NCBI GenBank assembly: GCA_963725865.1
Contig: CAVSAC010000012.1
Coordinates: 416,001-480,000, forward strand
Direction: 5' to 3'
Source: Candidatus Eiseniibacteriota bacterium
GTDB lineage: Bacteria > Eisenbacteria > RBG-16-71-46
Length of the DNA: 64,000 bases
The notes below the pieces were generated by a model. The model was not told the origin of the DNA and did not search any database. It worked only from the letters and a program-made list of their open reading frames with translations. Both the position numbers and the translations under genes were made by a program. Numbering within the stretch: position 1 is the stretch's first letter; each line of letters opens with the position of its first letter. Of this stretch, positions 1 to 12,200 are shown one piece after another.

Positions 1-2564
1 GCGCTGAACCGCAGCCCCGCGCTGTGGGTGAAATAGTCGCCGGTGGTGCTGGGGCTCAGCGTGCTGCGCGAGAGGTTGTAGGTGGCCCAGTACGACAGCG
101 TGAAGTCCAGCTTGGGGCTGATGTTGCTCGCCAGCACCACGCCGCTGCGCAGCGCGTAGGTGCGGCTCACGTTCGTGCCGCCGTTGATGCGCGTCGGAGT
201 GCGCGTGAACGTGCCGCCGCCGTTGAGGCTCAGGATGCTCTTCAGCCGCGTGGCCGGCCGGCTGTAGACGCCGAACACGCTCGCGTTCCACGACTCGTCC
301 AGGTTCACCGGCCGGGTGAGCTGGGTGCCGCGCGCGAGCGCCACCCCGTCCACCACGGTGTCGGCGGCGGCGGTGAACGTGGAGTTCGCGATGGTGTGCG
401 AGGTGCGCGACACGTTGGCGAACAGGAAGCGGCTGCGCGAGCGGGCCGGGTCGGCCTCGGACAGGCGCAGCATCAGCGAGTGCGTGTAGGTCGGCCGCAG
501 CTCGGGGTTGCCGGTCGTGAGTGACAGCGGGTTCGAGTTGTTCACCACGTTCTGCAGCTGGCCGATCGAGGGCGGGTTGGTCGAGGTGTTCCACGCTAGG
601 CGCAGATTGCGCCGGTTCGCGAAGTTGCCGGTCAGCTGGAGCGACGGCAGCGCGTCGTCGAACGTGCGCTCGATGAGATGGGTGAGCGGATAGGTCTGCT
701 CGGAGTGGAGCCGCGTCTGCTGGTACGAGGCGTTCGCGAGCAGCCGCCAGACACCGCGGGTGACGAGCATCGCGAGCCCGGCGTTCTGCGCGGTGTTGCG
801 GTTGCGGTACGAGTTCGAGAGCGCGCTGTCCGGCAGGGTGTAGCTGCCGCTCAGCGGGTCGCGCTGCCGCGCGCGCGCGTCGGACTCGCTGCGGGTGAGC
901 GACGGATTGTAGATCGCCTGCAGCCGGAGCTGGGGTGCCACCGGCTCGGTGAACGCGATGCGCGCGGACAGCGAGTTGGTGACGGTGCGCGAATCGCTCT
1001 GCTGGTCGAGCGTGTCGCTGGTGGTGGTGGTGCCCTCGTAGAAGTCGGTGAGCGAGAACTGCGAGCCGTCGCCGTTCCGCAGCGTGTGGCCGGCGTTCAG
1101 GTCGGCCGAGACGTTGCGCCCGCGCTTCGCGAAGCGGTGGCGCAGGGTCAGGCGGCTCGAGAGGTTGTTGCCGTCGTTCTGATCGCGGGTGTCGCTCGCG
1201 GCGGCGCTCAGCAGCGCGCCGAGCGTCGACGTGTTGGCGGCATCGCCGCCGCTGCGCGCGTCGGTGTTCTGGAAATAGAGCCGCGGCTGGAAGATCACCG
1301 AGTTGAGCGAGTCGGGGGTCCACTCGAGCCGCGCGTCGACGCGCTGGTTGCCGTTGCGGCTCGAGGTGGTGGCGGTCTGGCCGTAGAACGCGAGCGAGTC
1401 CTGCGGCGGCAGGTACTCGCGCGAGAGCGTCTGCAGGTTGTCGGTCTCGGTGTCGTTGACGAATAGGCTCGAGGTCACCGACACGCGCTTGCCCCACTGG
1501 CCGGCGTAGTTCACGCCGCCCGAGTGCGTGGTGCTGATGCCGGACTGCTGGCCGACCAGGAAGCTGCTCGGATCGAACGCGCCGCCGCCGAAGCCGCCGC
1601 CGCCGATGCGGATGATCTGCGGGCGACCGCCGCCTCCTCCGCCTCCGCCGGGGCCGCCGAACATCCGGATGCGCGGGCCGCCACCGCCGCCGCCCGCGCC
1701 GCGCATCGCGCCGAACAGATCCTGCGGCGAGAAGTTCCGCTCGTTGATGTTGTTCGACATTCCGATCAAGGTGAGCCGCGTGGCGCCGCGGATCAGCGTG
1801 GCGTTGCCGCCGGACTGATAGCGGTCGTCGTCGCCGTAGCCGCCGTAGATCTTCCCGAACTGCGTTTTCCGGTCGCGCAGGATGAAGTTCATCGTCTTCT
1901 GCGCCTGGCCGTCGTCGAAGCCGCTGAACTCGGCCTGGTCGCTCATGCGGTCGTAGACCTGGATGCGGTCCACCACCTCGGCCGGCAGGTTGCGCATCGC
2001 GGCGGTCGGATCGCTGCCGAAGAACGGGCGGCCGTTCACGAGCACCTGCTGCACGTTCTCGCCCTGCGCCTTGATCTGCCCGTTCTCCATGGTGACGCCC
2101 GGCAGCTTCTGCACCAGGTCCTCGGCGGTCGCGTCGCGGTTGGTCCGCACCGCGCCGGCGTGGAACTCGGTGGTGTCCGCCTTCTGCACCGCGGGAATGC
2201 CCGACTCCGAGATGTCGACCCCCGGGAGCGGGATGGAGCGCGGCGTGAGCGACAGCAGGCCGGCGTCCTGATCGGGCCGGGTGATCCGCACCGTCGTGCG
2301 CAGCGTCTCGTAGCCCAGGCGCGCGGCCTCGAGCCGGTAGTTACGCCGGCCGAGCCCGCTGATCACGAACGTGCCGGAGTCGCTCGCGGTCGCACGGTGC
2401 ACGTCGGTCGGATCGGCGACGCTGGTGAGCTTCACCTGCACGCTCGCCACCGGCGCGCCGGTCGCGCCGTCCTGGAATCGTCCGCGCAGCGTGGTGGACT
2501 GGGCGTGGGCGAGCGTGGGAATGAGCAGCAGGGCGAGGACCAATCGAGTAGCACGAAGCCTCAT
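1..2564 (-). CDS. Outer-membrane beta-barrel/TonB-dependent-receptor-like protein with N-terminal carboxypeptidase-regulatory-like domain (3' end beyond window)
   Basis: Missing from the ORF track because it runs off the edge. Hand translation from ATG 2564: MRLRATRLVLALLLIPTLAHAQSTTLRGRFQD...AEDLVQKLPGVTMENGQIKAQGENVQQVLVNGRPFFGSDP...NLPAEVVDRIQVYD. This gives a signal peptide and a Bacteroidota-type plug motif, followed by a Gly-rich loop and beta-strand-like sequence. Confidence 0.85.
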   Translation of the reverse strand, partial: MRLRATRLVLALLLIPTLAHAQSTTLRGRFQDGATGAPVASVQVKLTSVADPTDVHRATASDSGTFVISGLGRRNYRLEAARLGYETLRTTVRITRPDQDAGLLSLTPRSIPLPGVDISESGIPAVQKADTTEFHAGAVRTNRDATAEDLVQKLPGVTMENGQIKAQGENVQQVLVNGRPFFGSDPTAAMRNLPAEVVDRIQVYDRMSDQAEFSGFDDGQAQKTMNFILRDRKTQFGKIYGGYGDDDRYQSGGNATLIRGATRLTLIGMSNNINERNFSPQDLFGAMRGAGGGGGGPRIRMFGGPGGGGGGGGRPQIIRIGGGGFGGGAFDPSSFLVGQQSGISTTHSGGVNYAGQWGKRVSVTSSLFVNDTETDNLQTLSREYLPPQDSLAFYGQTATTSSRNGNQRVDARLEWTPDSLNSVIFQPRLYFQNTDARSGGDAANTSTLGALLSAAASDTRDQNDGNNLSSRLTLRHRFAKRGRNVSADLNAGHTLRNGDGSQFSLTDFYEGTTTTSDTLDQQSDSRTVTNSLSARIAFTEPVAPQLRLQAIYNPSLTRSESDARARQRDPLSGSYTLPDSALSNSYRNRNTAQNAGLAMLVTRGVWRLLANASYQQTRLHSEQTYPLTHLIERTFDDALPSLQLTGNFANRRNLRLAWNTSTNPPSIGQLQNVVNNSNPLSLTTGNPELRPTYTHSLMLRLSEADPARSRSRFLFANVSRTSHTIANSTFTAAADTVVDGVALARGTQLTRPVNLDESWNASVFGVYSRPATRLKSILSLNGGGTFTRTPTRINGGTNVSRTYALRSGVVLASNISPKLDFTLSYWATYNLSRSTLSPSTTGDYFTHSAGLRFS

Positions 2565-2807
2565 CAGCAGACCTCTGGGTTCGCGTGAATCGCGCGGAGC
2601 GTCAGGATGCAGCACTGCAGCCGATGAGGCGAGTCGATGATGCCGTAACCGGCACCGTTGATGGCTCCGAACTGCCGCGCTGGTCGCGCTGACCGACGCA
2701 TCTTCGTAGACCCCAAGGAGGGCGAAAGGGTTGGACGGCCGCCCACCCGCCGCTGGACGGGCCGCGCAACGCCTGCGATGCTGCGACGCGTGTGACGAGC
2801 GATAGAC

Positions 2808-3711
2808 GTGCGGGCGCTGGCCAGAGTTGCGGTGATCGTGCTGGCACTCGGCCTGGTCCTGCCGCTCGATGCGGCGCACGCCAGACGCGCCGGTCCCGCG
2901 CCTTGAGACAAGGACCGCGCCTACACCATGTTCGACGACGCCATGCCGCCGGACACGGTCGGCCTCGCGCCGGTGTGGTCCATGGTGATGCGGGACAGCG
3001 GCCGGCGCGCGGACGTGATCGGCGATCGCTTTCGCGACCCCGCCCTCGGGAGGCCGTCTTCCGGCTGACTCGATCTGGCTCTGGCGGCGACAGTACGAGC
3101 CCGATTCGCACGGCCGACTATTCCGGACGCAGGTCTCGGTCGCTCCCGTGCTCGACAACGGCGAGCTCGAGTCATCCGAACTGCGCTGGCAGGACTTGCG
3201 AGCGAAGTTGCTGACCGACAGCGTCTACTGCAGCGAGCGACCGATTCCCAGCGGAGGCGCGCAGTATCTCTCGGGCGACCGACAAACGCTGCTGGTGCTC
3301 GGGGGGCACGCGCTCAATGTCCACGCCGAGACGGGAGACTTCGGTCTCGTGGGGGAGTTCGGTCTGGCGGACACTTTCGACATCTCGGAAGCAATGCGGC
3401 CGCGCCGCATCGAGAAGACGCTGAAGGCCGACGGACCACTGGTGAACGGAGCCGTGTCTGAGGACGGTTCGCGACTGGCCGTGGAGATCCTGCTCCCCGA
3501 AGCGCGAAACCCCGGGAGGATCGAACTGAAGGTAGTCGTGTTGGAGCGAGGTCGAGGCGGGCTTTCACTGCCGAAGATCGTGCTTCCTCGGACTCGGATG
3601 ACCGGGCTCTGGCTCGTCGACCGATTCCTGTTTGTGGGCATGCAGCATGCGTCACCGTCATGGTCGTATCCGGTGACCGATGCGATCGACCTGTTCGACA
3701 TCGGATCCTGA
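2808..3711 (+). pseudogene. Disrupted secreted hypothetical protein (in-frame TGA plus frameshift)
   Basis: GTG 2808 opens a signal peptide (VRALARVAVIVLALGLVLPLDAAHA). TGA at 2904-2906 interrupts it, and reading continues in frame (DKDRAYTMFDD...). A frame switch near 3015-3050 joins the frame of ORF 3148..3711. Confidence 0.55.
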
Positions 3712-3750
3712 CGACTGCGTGAGAGTCGTGCTCGCCGATCGGCTCCGGCT

Positions 3751-4845
3751 TCAGCGGAAACGCTGACGGAGTCTGCGCAGTCCGGCGGTGTCGACACGCG
3801 CGGGCGCGGGTCGCCGGATCCAGACCATCGCCCGTCGGACGTCTCCGGGCGGGTGGAAGATCTGTGCCCCCGTGGCCAGATCGAAGACGTAGGTGCGGAT
3901 TCCGGTCACGACGAGGAACCCGTGCCGTTCCACCATCCCCGTTTCGGGCAACTCCTCGTCCCTGCGTATCAGTGGCGTGTCGAGGAGTTGCAGCTTGCCG
4001 CGACGCCGGTCCATCAGGTACAGGGGCCCGACGATCGACGTGACGTTGGGTTGCGGTCGCCCGAGGCGGAGGGCCAGCCCCCGCGCCGGCTGGCTGCGGA
4101 GCGGAATGAAGTACCAACCGAATCTCGACTCCGGTTCTCCGTCGGGGGGAGCGATGGACTCAGGCGTGCCGCCCCATCCGCTCGCTGTGATCCTCGCGCG
4201 CAGATGGTCGAGACCGATCGCCGGACGACGCCGGATGGATCCCGCGCTCGGAACCGCCCACGACGTGCACCCGGACCACCAGCCGCAGTCCGTCGTCTCG
4301 GCCTCCGCGATGCGCCAGTTCGCACCTTCGCGATCCGACTGCCACAACTCGGAATGACACTTGAGGAAGGGTGGCTCGGTCCTCGAGTGCGCGCGGGGCA
4401 CGCCGGCGACGGAGGACGCCTGCCAGCAGAGGCTGTCGAGATTGAACCACCAATCGGAGATCCGTCCGGAGTTCGGGAGTTGCAGGACAGGCCAGGGCTC
4501 GGCCTCGAATTCCCACGCGAGCCGGAACAAAGTGTCAGACTCGACGTACTCCACGAACGACTCGGTGCTGTCCCAGTACACGCCACTGGGCTGTCCCTCG
4601 CCGCAGCAGGTTCGGAACAGAGTGTCGGTCCTCGAGACGGGATCGAAGATCCGCCACTCCTCGCAAGGCACCCCGCTGCGCATGGACACGGAAAAATAGC
4701 TGAGTACCTCGCGGCTCGCCTTTCGTGCCTGCGCGGCGCGAACGCCTCCGACGAGCGCCGCGATCACGGCCAACGTCGTGGCCGCGGTGCGAGTTCGCGA
4801 TGCGATGCGCGCGCAGCGCCGGGCATCGACGCCGATCGGGCTCAT
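3751..4845 (-). CDS. Hypothetical secreted protein (Trp/Cys-rich)
   Basis: 364-aa ORF with a signal-like N-terminus; its ATG overlaps the upstream stop (ATGA 4842-4845). Confidence 0.7.
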   Translation of the reverse strand: MSPIGVDARRCARIASRTRTAATTLAVIAALVGGVRAAQARKASREVLSYFSVSMRSGVPCEEWRIFDPVSRTDTLFRTCCGEGQPSGVYWDSTESFVEYVESDTLFRLAWEFEAEPWPVLQLPNSGRISDWWFNLDSLCWQASSVAGVPRAHSRTEPPFLKCHSELWQSDREGANWRIAEAETTDCGWWSGCTSWAVPSAGSIRRRPAIGLDHLRARITASGWGGTPESIAPPDGEPESRFGWYFIPLRSQPARGLALRLGRPQPNVTSIVGPLYLMDRRRGKLQLLDTPLIRRDEELPETGMVERHGFLVVTGIRTYVFDLATGAQIFHPPGDVRRAMVWIRRPAPARVDTAGLRRLRQRFR

Positions 4846-6122
4846 CGCCGCACCACAAACGCGTCCGCGCTGCTGCGAACCACGATGCCCGACGACCTGC
4901 GCTCGTTGGTGAGCACGTCGATCGCGACGAGGCGGTGGTTCTCGAGGACGACGACCTGTGTGTCGCTCAGCCAGCCGATCAGTTCCGCGTGGGGCAGCCG
5001 GAGCAGGGGCACAGGCGCCGAGGTGATGTCGTCGATCTCGACGAGAGGGAGGTCGGCCAATGACCGGCGAATGCTCGCCAGTCGAATCGAGTCGGGGCGG
5101 CTGTGGCTGGACAAGCGGATGTTCGCAGCCGGGCCTGTGGTCGCCTGGACCGTGAACGCGACCCGAGCGCTCGTCGGAGCGATGCGTGCCTGCGAGGTGT
5201 AGAAGCTGACGTCATAGCCCGAGTTCTGATAGCGCACCCACTCGTCGAACAGCGTGATGGTGCCATCCGGCCTGGTGCACGTGGTCTGGTTGCTGCTGGC
5301 GTTCCGCCAGCCACAGCATCCGCCATCGTCCGTCACTTCGACCCGGCACGGCGGTTCGACTCGGTAGTCCAGGAAATCCCAGAGTGCGAGCCTCGCCTCG
5401 GGACCCCACGATTCGTCGCTCCTCCGAAACAGCGTCGTCCGCGACCCGGCGACTGGCAAAGACCACAACTCCCCGTCGTGGTACTCCGCGGAAACAACCT
5501 GCTCCCAGTGTGTGAGGAGGAAGAACTCGTCCACGACGCCGCCGGGCGCCCAGAGTTCAGGACTTGGGCATGGTTCGAGGAGTGCGACCAGACGAAGGGA
5601 CTTCTGGCACGGTGGGAGCAGGGCATCGACGACTCGCGCTCCCTCGCGCGCGGCGAGGTCCGTTCGTCCGACCGTGATTCGCGTCGAGGTGCTCTCCGCG
5701 GGCGAGCCGCTGAAGGGTTCCTCGCCGAGTTGGAGGAAGTAGAGGGAGCGCCCATCGTCGCCGAGAAACCACGCGCGTTCGATACTTGTCGCGCGTTTCA
5801 CCGCCGGCGCCGATGCGGCGAGGCCGGAGTCGGGATGGAGCACGCGCGCGGCCGCACCATCCCACAGCCACAGCCGGCCGCCACCGAGCCGCCCCAGGAT
5901 CTGGCCCGCCCCATTGATCGTGAGCCGGGTCGGATCGTCGTAGGTCGCGCGGGGAAGTCGCACTCCGCCGACGCGCGAGAAGTCGCTGGGCTCGAAGGCG
6001 ACGATCTCGCCGGGCGGTTGGACCGCCCACAAGGTCGCGTCGGGACGAGCATGCGGCTGCCCGGCGCACGCGACTGGAGCCTGAAGGACGACGAGGAGCG
6101 CGAACACGAGCGGCCAGCGCAT
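4842..6122 (-). CDS. Hypothetical secreted protein
   Basis: Real part of track ORF 4842..8468. Start at ATG 6122 (MRWPLVFALLVVLQAPVACA) gives a signal peptide; contains GGCCGW. Confidence 0.7.
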   Translation of the reverse strand: MRWPLVFALLVVLQAPVACAGQPHARPDATLWAVQPPGEIVAFEPSDFSRVGGVRLPRATYDDPTRLTINGAGQILGRLGGGRLWLWDGAAARVLHPDSGLAASAPAVKRATSIERAWFLGDDGRSLYFLQLGEEPFSGSPAESTSTRITVGRTDLAAREGARVVDALLPPCQKSLRLVALLEPCPSPELWAPGGVVDEFFLLTHWEQVVSAEYHDGELWSLPVAGSRTTLFRRSDESWGPEARLALWDFLDYRVEPPCRVEVTDDGGCCGWRNASSNQTTCTRPDGTITLFDEWVRYQNSGYDVSFYTSQARIAPTSARVAFTVQATTGPAANIRLSSHSRPDSIRLASIRRSLADLPLVEIDDITSAPVPLLRLPHAELIGWLSDTQVVVLENHRLVAIDVLTNERRSSGIVVRSSADAFVVRR

Positions 6123-6253
6123 GCAGCCTCCGATGGCAGTCAGCGCGCAGCATATCACGAGGTGGGCGAGCCCACGGGAGCGCCACTCGCTCGGCACGAT
6201 CGGTACGCTCGCGACCAGCCGCGGCAGTCGACTCGCCGCGCGCTCCGGGCGGA

Positions 6254-9200
6254 TCAGGGCAGCGGCGGATTCGCCGCCGAAAGCGCGCCCTCCGCCGCGG
6301 TGGGCGCTTCGTTCACGGGCGCGGGCTCCCCCATCACGACGAGCAGGTGGTGCTCGCCGCCATCCTCGACCAGCGGGATCGCGCCGGGATCCACCGGGTG
6401 ACCGTCCAGCTCCGCGCGCGCGACGCCGCGGCTGGCGTGCGCGGGATTCTCCACCGAGATCCGGTAGAGGCTGGTGCCCGCGCGCCACTGCACGGTGAAT
6501 CCGCGCCACGACGCGGGGATGCACGGCGCGACCGAGAAGCACGACCCGCGCCGGCCGAGCCCGAGGATCGACTCGAGCCCGAGCCGGTACATCCAGGCGG
6601 CGGAGCCGGTGTACCAGGTCCAGCCGCCGCGGCCGATGTGCGCCGGGTGCGTGTACACGTCGGCGGCGACCACGTAGGGTTCCACCTTGTAGCGGTCGAG
6701 ATCGGCGGGCGTGCGGGAGTGGTTGATCGGGTTCAGCATGTGGAACAGCTCGACCGCCTCGTCGCCGTTGCCTAGCTGCGCGATCGCCATCACGGTCCAC
6801 AGCGCGGCGTGCGTGTACTGGCCGCCGTTCTCCCGCACGCCCGGCACGTAGGCCTTGATGTAGCCGGGATCGAGCGCGGACTGGTCGAACGGCGGGGCGA
6901 GCAGTTTGATCACGCCCGCGTCGCGCCGCACGAGCTGCATGCGAACGGCGTCCATGGCGCGCTCGGCGCGCTCCGCGGACGCGGCACCCGACAGCACCGC
7001 CCAGCTCTGCGAGATCGCGTCGATGCGGCACTCGGGGATCTGCGCCGAGCCGAGCGGCGAGCCGTCGTCGAAGTAGGCCCGCCGGTACCAGTCGCCGTCC
7101 CACGCCTGCTCCAGCATCGCCACCATGCGCTCGCGTTCGGCCCGCCAGCGGACGGCGCGCGCGGTGTCGCCGCGGGCGTCCACGATCGCGGCGAAGTCGC
7201 GCAGGATCATCGTCAGCAGCCATCCGAGCCACACGCTCTCGCCGCGGCCCTGGTAGCCGACGCGGTTCAGCCCGTCGTTCCAGTCGCCGGTGCCGATCAG
7301 CGGCAGCCCGTGCCGGCCGGTCGTCAGTCCGCGCTCGATCGCGCGGATGCAGTGCTCGACGAGCGTTCCGGACTCCTCCGCGACTTCGGGCCGCCCGTAG
7401 CGTTCCAGCTCGCCGTGCTCCAGCGGCGGCGCGCGCAGGAAGCCGACCCGCTCGTCGAGCACCGCGCGATCGCCGGTGCGGCTCACGTAGTGCGCGACGG
7501 CGAACGGCAGCCACATCAGGTCGTCGGAGCAGCGGGTGCGCACGCCGCGGCCGGTGTGCTCGTGCCACCAGTGCTGCACGTCGCCCTCGGTGAACTGGCG
7601 GGCGGCGCAGCGCAGCAGGTGCTCGCGGTAGAGGTCCGGCCGCGCGAGCCCGAGCGCCATCACGTCCTGGAGCTGGTCGCGGAAGCCGTAGGCGCCGCCG
7701 GGCTGGAAGAACCCCGTGCGGCCCCACAGTCGCGAGCTGACGGACTGGTACAGCAGCCAGCGGTTCATCATCAGGTCGAACGAATCGTCCGGAGTCTGGA
7801 CCTGCACGGTGCCGAGCAGCGCGTCCCAGCGCGACTCGACCTCCTCCTGCGCCCGCCGCGCCGCCGCCACGCTGCCGAAGCGCTCCATCAGCGCCAGCGC
7901 GTGCGCGCGATCGTCGCCCTGCCCCAGCAGCAGCACGATCTCGCGGGTCTCGCCGGGCTCCAGGTCGATGCGCAGGTGCAGCGCCGCGCACGGGTCGAGG
8001 CCGGCGCCGAAGCGCTGGCTGAGCGCGACCCGCGCCAGCGCGGCCGGCCGCCGCAGCGAGCCGTTGCGGCCCAGGAACTCCAGCCGGTCGCCGGTCGCCG
8101 AGGCGGTGGGCAGGCTGGCGTGCGCGAACGCCACCCGGCCGGCGAAGTCCGCGTTGTAGGGATTGCGCGCCAGCACGGCGCGGGTCTCGGGGTGCTGCTC
8201 GGTGACCACGAAGCGCTGCTCGCCGGCGCGCGGCGGACACAGCGCCCACTCGTTGTAGGCGAACACGCTCAGATGGCGACGTCGCGTGGAGTGATTGACG
8301 AGCGCGAGCCGCGAGAGCTTGAGCGGCTCCTCGGCGTGCACGAACACCGTGCAGGTGCACGTCACGTCGTGCGCGCGATGGGTGAACCGCGTGATTCCGG
8401 CGCCGTGGCGGGTCACCCAGCGGCCACCGTCGGGCGTCCGCGCCAGCGGTCCCGGAGTGGCGCCCCACACGTCCCCGAGGTCCTCGTCGCGCAGGTAGAT
8501 CGCCTCGCCGCTGAACTCGCTGACCGGGTCGTTGGCGAACGGCGTGAGGCGGTTCTCACGGCTGTTGCCGGACCAGGTCCACGCCGCGCCGGTGGCGCCG
8601 ACCACGGTGCCGAAGCGCTCGTTCGCGATCACGTTCACCCACGGCTGCGGCGTGTCCGCGGCGCCGTTCAGGACGATCGCGTACTCGCGCCCCGCGGCGG
8701 TGAAGCCTCCGAGGTCGTTCGCGTGCGTGAGCGGCGGCGTCTCGACCTGCGGCTCGGCGTCGCCCATGGTCGGCGACGCGGGGCGCGTGCGCGCCGCCAG
8801 CGTCGGGGGCCACGTCGGCTCGGGATACGGCAGGCCGAGCTGGTTCGCGAGCTCGCCCAGCTCGCCGTTCAGCACCGCGCGCGCCGCCGCCAGCAGGACG
8901 GTGCGCTCCGCCTCCGGGATGCCGTCGCCGCGGAACAGGAACACGCCGCCGGGACGGTGCTTCCATGCGGCCCACGGACCCTTCTCGAGCAGGCTCTCGA
9001 GCTGCTCGTGCATCTCGTCCAGGTAGCTGGTCGGATGGTCGTTGAGGATGACCACGTCGGCGCTGAGTCCCTTCAGCCGCCAGTACTCCTGCGCGCGCAG
9101 CACCTGGCGCACCAGGGCGATGTCCTCGTCGCGGACCGCACGCACGACCAGGATCGGCAGGTCGCCCGAGACGCCGTGCGACCACAGACCCGGCTGGCCG

Positions 9201-12200
9201 AGCGTGTTGCCCGCCAGCCGCGCGGCGGGGGCGCGCAGCGCGCCGTCGGTCCACAGCACGTGCGAGGCGAGCCGCTCGAAGAGCTGCGCCTCGTCGGCCG
9301 CGAGCCCCAGGTGGCGCAGCCGCATCTGCGTCTGCGTCGATGCGAGCGCGAAGGTGCGCGTGGCCGCGGACGAATCGTCGTACTTCTCCGCCAGCGCGAG
9401 CGCGGCCGCGCGGGTCGCGGCGACCCCGGTCGCGAACGCCAGGCGCACGCGCTCGCCGGGGGCGATGCGCACGCGCCGCCGCAGGCTCAGGATCGGATCG
9501 AGCACGGCGCCGTGTGTGCCCGAGAGCGCCCGGCCGTCGAGTGCCGCGGGGTCCTCGGGGGTGCGTCCCCGACCGTAGAATCGCGCGCGGTCGGTCTCCC
9601 ACTCGATCGCGCCGTGTACGCCCTCCTCGGCGCTCACCACGTGCACCGCCCACGGCGCCGGTTCGTCGGGCGAGCGCGGCCGCCGCCCGCACAGCAGGGC
9701 GGTGCACTCGGGCAGGTACTCGGTCTCGAGGAACAGCTTGAGGAACGCCGGATGCGACACGTCGTCGGCGGGCGGTGCCAGCACCACCTCGACCAGGCTC
9801 GTCACCTCGATCTCGCGCAGCCGATCGGTGCGATTGACGAGCGTGACCCGGCGCACCTCGACGTCGTCCTCGGGGGAGACCGTGATCTCGAGCCGCGTCT
9901 CGATGCCGTCGTCGGTGCGCTCGAACAGGGCCTCGTCGGGGCGGAACGTCACGCGGTAGCGCTCGGGCTCGCGGCACACCGGCTGATGCGCGGCCGACCA
10001 CAGCAGCCCGCTGCGCACGTCGCGCAGGTAGACGAACTGGCTGCCCGGGTCGCAGGTGGGATCGTCCCGCTGGCGGGTGACGGCGAGTCCCCGCCACGTG
10101 CTCGCGCCGCCGCCCGCGTTGGTGACGATCGCCGTGTACTGGCCGTTCGACAGGAAGTGGGCGCTCGCATGGAACGTGTGCGGCGAGCGGAAGCGCCGCG
10201 GCGAGACCGCGGGCACCGGTGCCGCGACCCGCGTGGACTCGGCCGCGCGCGGCCGGATGACCGGCACGAAGCGTGGCACGCGCTCCTGCAGCAGCGGCTC
10301 GGTGGCCTGCACGCGGGGGTCCGAATGGAAGCGCCGCACCATCGGCGCGCCGAGCACCGCGCCGGCCAGCGCGACCAGGCTCATGCCCTGGTGATGCGCG
10401 AAGAAGGCCTGCACCCGCTGGACGCGGGGCGGCGCGGGCGCCGCCTCGGCGTCGGGATCGAGCGGGCGGCGCGGCGTGAGATCGAGCGCCTCGACGAAGC
10501 CGTACGCCCCCGCGGCGCCTTCGCGGGCGAGGCGGCGGAAGTTCGCGGCCGCGGCGGCGGGGTCGATCACCGCGGCGAGCGCGGTGGCGTAGGGCGCGAT
10601 CACCAGGTCCTCGGCGAGCCCGCGCTTGAGCCCCGCGCCGGGGACTCCGAACGCCTTGTACTGGTAGCTGCCGTGGGGATCCTGCACGTTGTAGGCCGAC
10701 TCCGAGATGCCCCACGGCACGTGATGGCGCCGGCCGTAGAGGACCTGCGCGCGCACCAGCGCGCGACACGCGTCCTCGAGCAGGGTTTCGGGGTGGCTGC
10801 GCATCAGGAGCAGCGGCATCAGGTACTCGAACATCGAGCCGCTCCACGACACCAGCGTGGTGCAGCCCTCGACGCTCACCAGCGCCCGCGAGAGCCGGAA
10901 CCAGTGCTCCTGCGGCACGTCGCCGCGGGCGATGGCGACGAAGCTCGCGAGGCGCGCCTCCGAGGCCAGCAGGTCGTAGCACGACGGGTCGAGACGCCCC
11001 GGCCCGTCGGCGTCGGCGAGGCGGAACCCGATCGAGAACACGCCGCGCGCCGGTTCGAAGAGGAACTTCCAGTCCATGCCGTCGGCGAGGTCGTCGCAGC
11101 GGCGGGCGAGGTCCCGCAGGCGCTCGCGCAGCGCCTCCGGCCGCTCCGCGTGCTCCGCGCACGCCGCGAGTCCCTCGAGGAGAAGCCGGCCCCACTCGCC
11201 GACGTCGTCGGCCTCGGCGCCCGCGGGCGCCTCGGCGGCGATCCGCTCGAGCGCGGCGCGCAGGTCGGCGACGCGCGCGGGAATCGCCCGCCGCGCGTGC
11301 TCCGACTCGACGGCGGCCAGCGCCACAGGCAGCGCGTCGAGCTCCCGCCGCACCGCGCTGCAGCTCGCGCGCAACGCGGTGGCCGCGTGCGCCCGGTGCT
11401 CGAGCGCCGCGAGCGCGTCCGCGAGCACGCCGGCGGTGTCGAGCACGCCCGCCCGCGGCCGCGCCACGTCGTCCGTGCCCTCGGCCAGCTCGCGCAGGCC
11501 GGCGGCGAGCGCCATCAGCGCGCCCGCCAGGTTGCCGCTGTCCACGGTCGACACGTAGCGCGGGGCGAGCGGCGCGAGCCGCGTCGTGTCGTACCAGTTC
11601 AGCAGGTGGCCCTCGTGGCGCTCGAGCGACTCGACCGTCGCGAGCGTGTCCTCGAGCCGCTCCGCGAGCTGTTCGGAGTCGAGGTAGCCGAGGTCGTGCG
11701 CGGCGAGCGCCGACAGCAGCCCCATGCCGATGTTGGTCGGCGAGGTGCGGTGCGCGATGAGCAGGTCGGGTGCCATCTGCACGTTGTCGGGCGGCAGCGC
11801 GTGATCCAGCGGCGTGACGAAGCGCTCGAAGTAGTGCCAGGTGCGGCGCGCGATGCGGCGCAGCTGCTGGGCGTCGGAGGCGCCGAACGCGAGCCGCCGC
11901 GGCACCACCGGCCGGCTGAGCCACCACGCGATCAGCGGCGAGGCCAGCCACGCCGCGACGAACGGCAGCGCCACCGGCAGCGCGGCGGGGCGCAGCGGCA
12001 CGACGGCCAGCAGCACCAGGAGCGCGGTCGCCGGGCCGGCCCACATCTCGGCGGCGAACACCCGCGGCCCGCCGCGCGCGAGCAGGCCGGCGGCGCGGGC
12101 CGCGCTGACCGCGGCGGTCTCCCACTCCAGCAGCCGCCGCTGCGTGATCACCATCCGCACCAGCGTCAGCACGATGGCGTGCACCATCTCGAAGGCGTGG

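Noticed and set aside
1575..1700. GCC-rich repeats as a repeat array
   Set aside because: They encode poly-Gly loops in the outer-membrane protein.
2705..2735. ECF-type promoter (AACC-N16-GGTCTA, minus strand) upstream of the outer-membrane receptor
   Set aside because: Single short match with no second instance in the window to support it.
2904..2906. In-frame TGA as selenocysteine or recoding
   Set aside because: No redox motif context, a frameshift also follows, and TGA is the normal stop for many genes in this window.
4842..8468. 1208-aa ORF overlapping the cgs 3' end
   Set aside because: The true start is ATG 6122 with a signal peptide; the rest is off-frame cgs.
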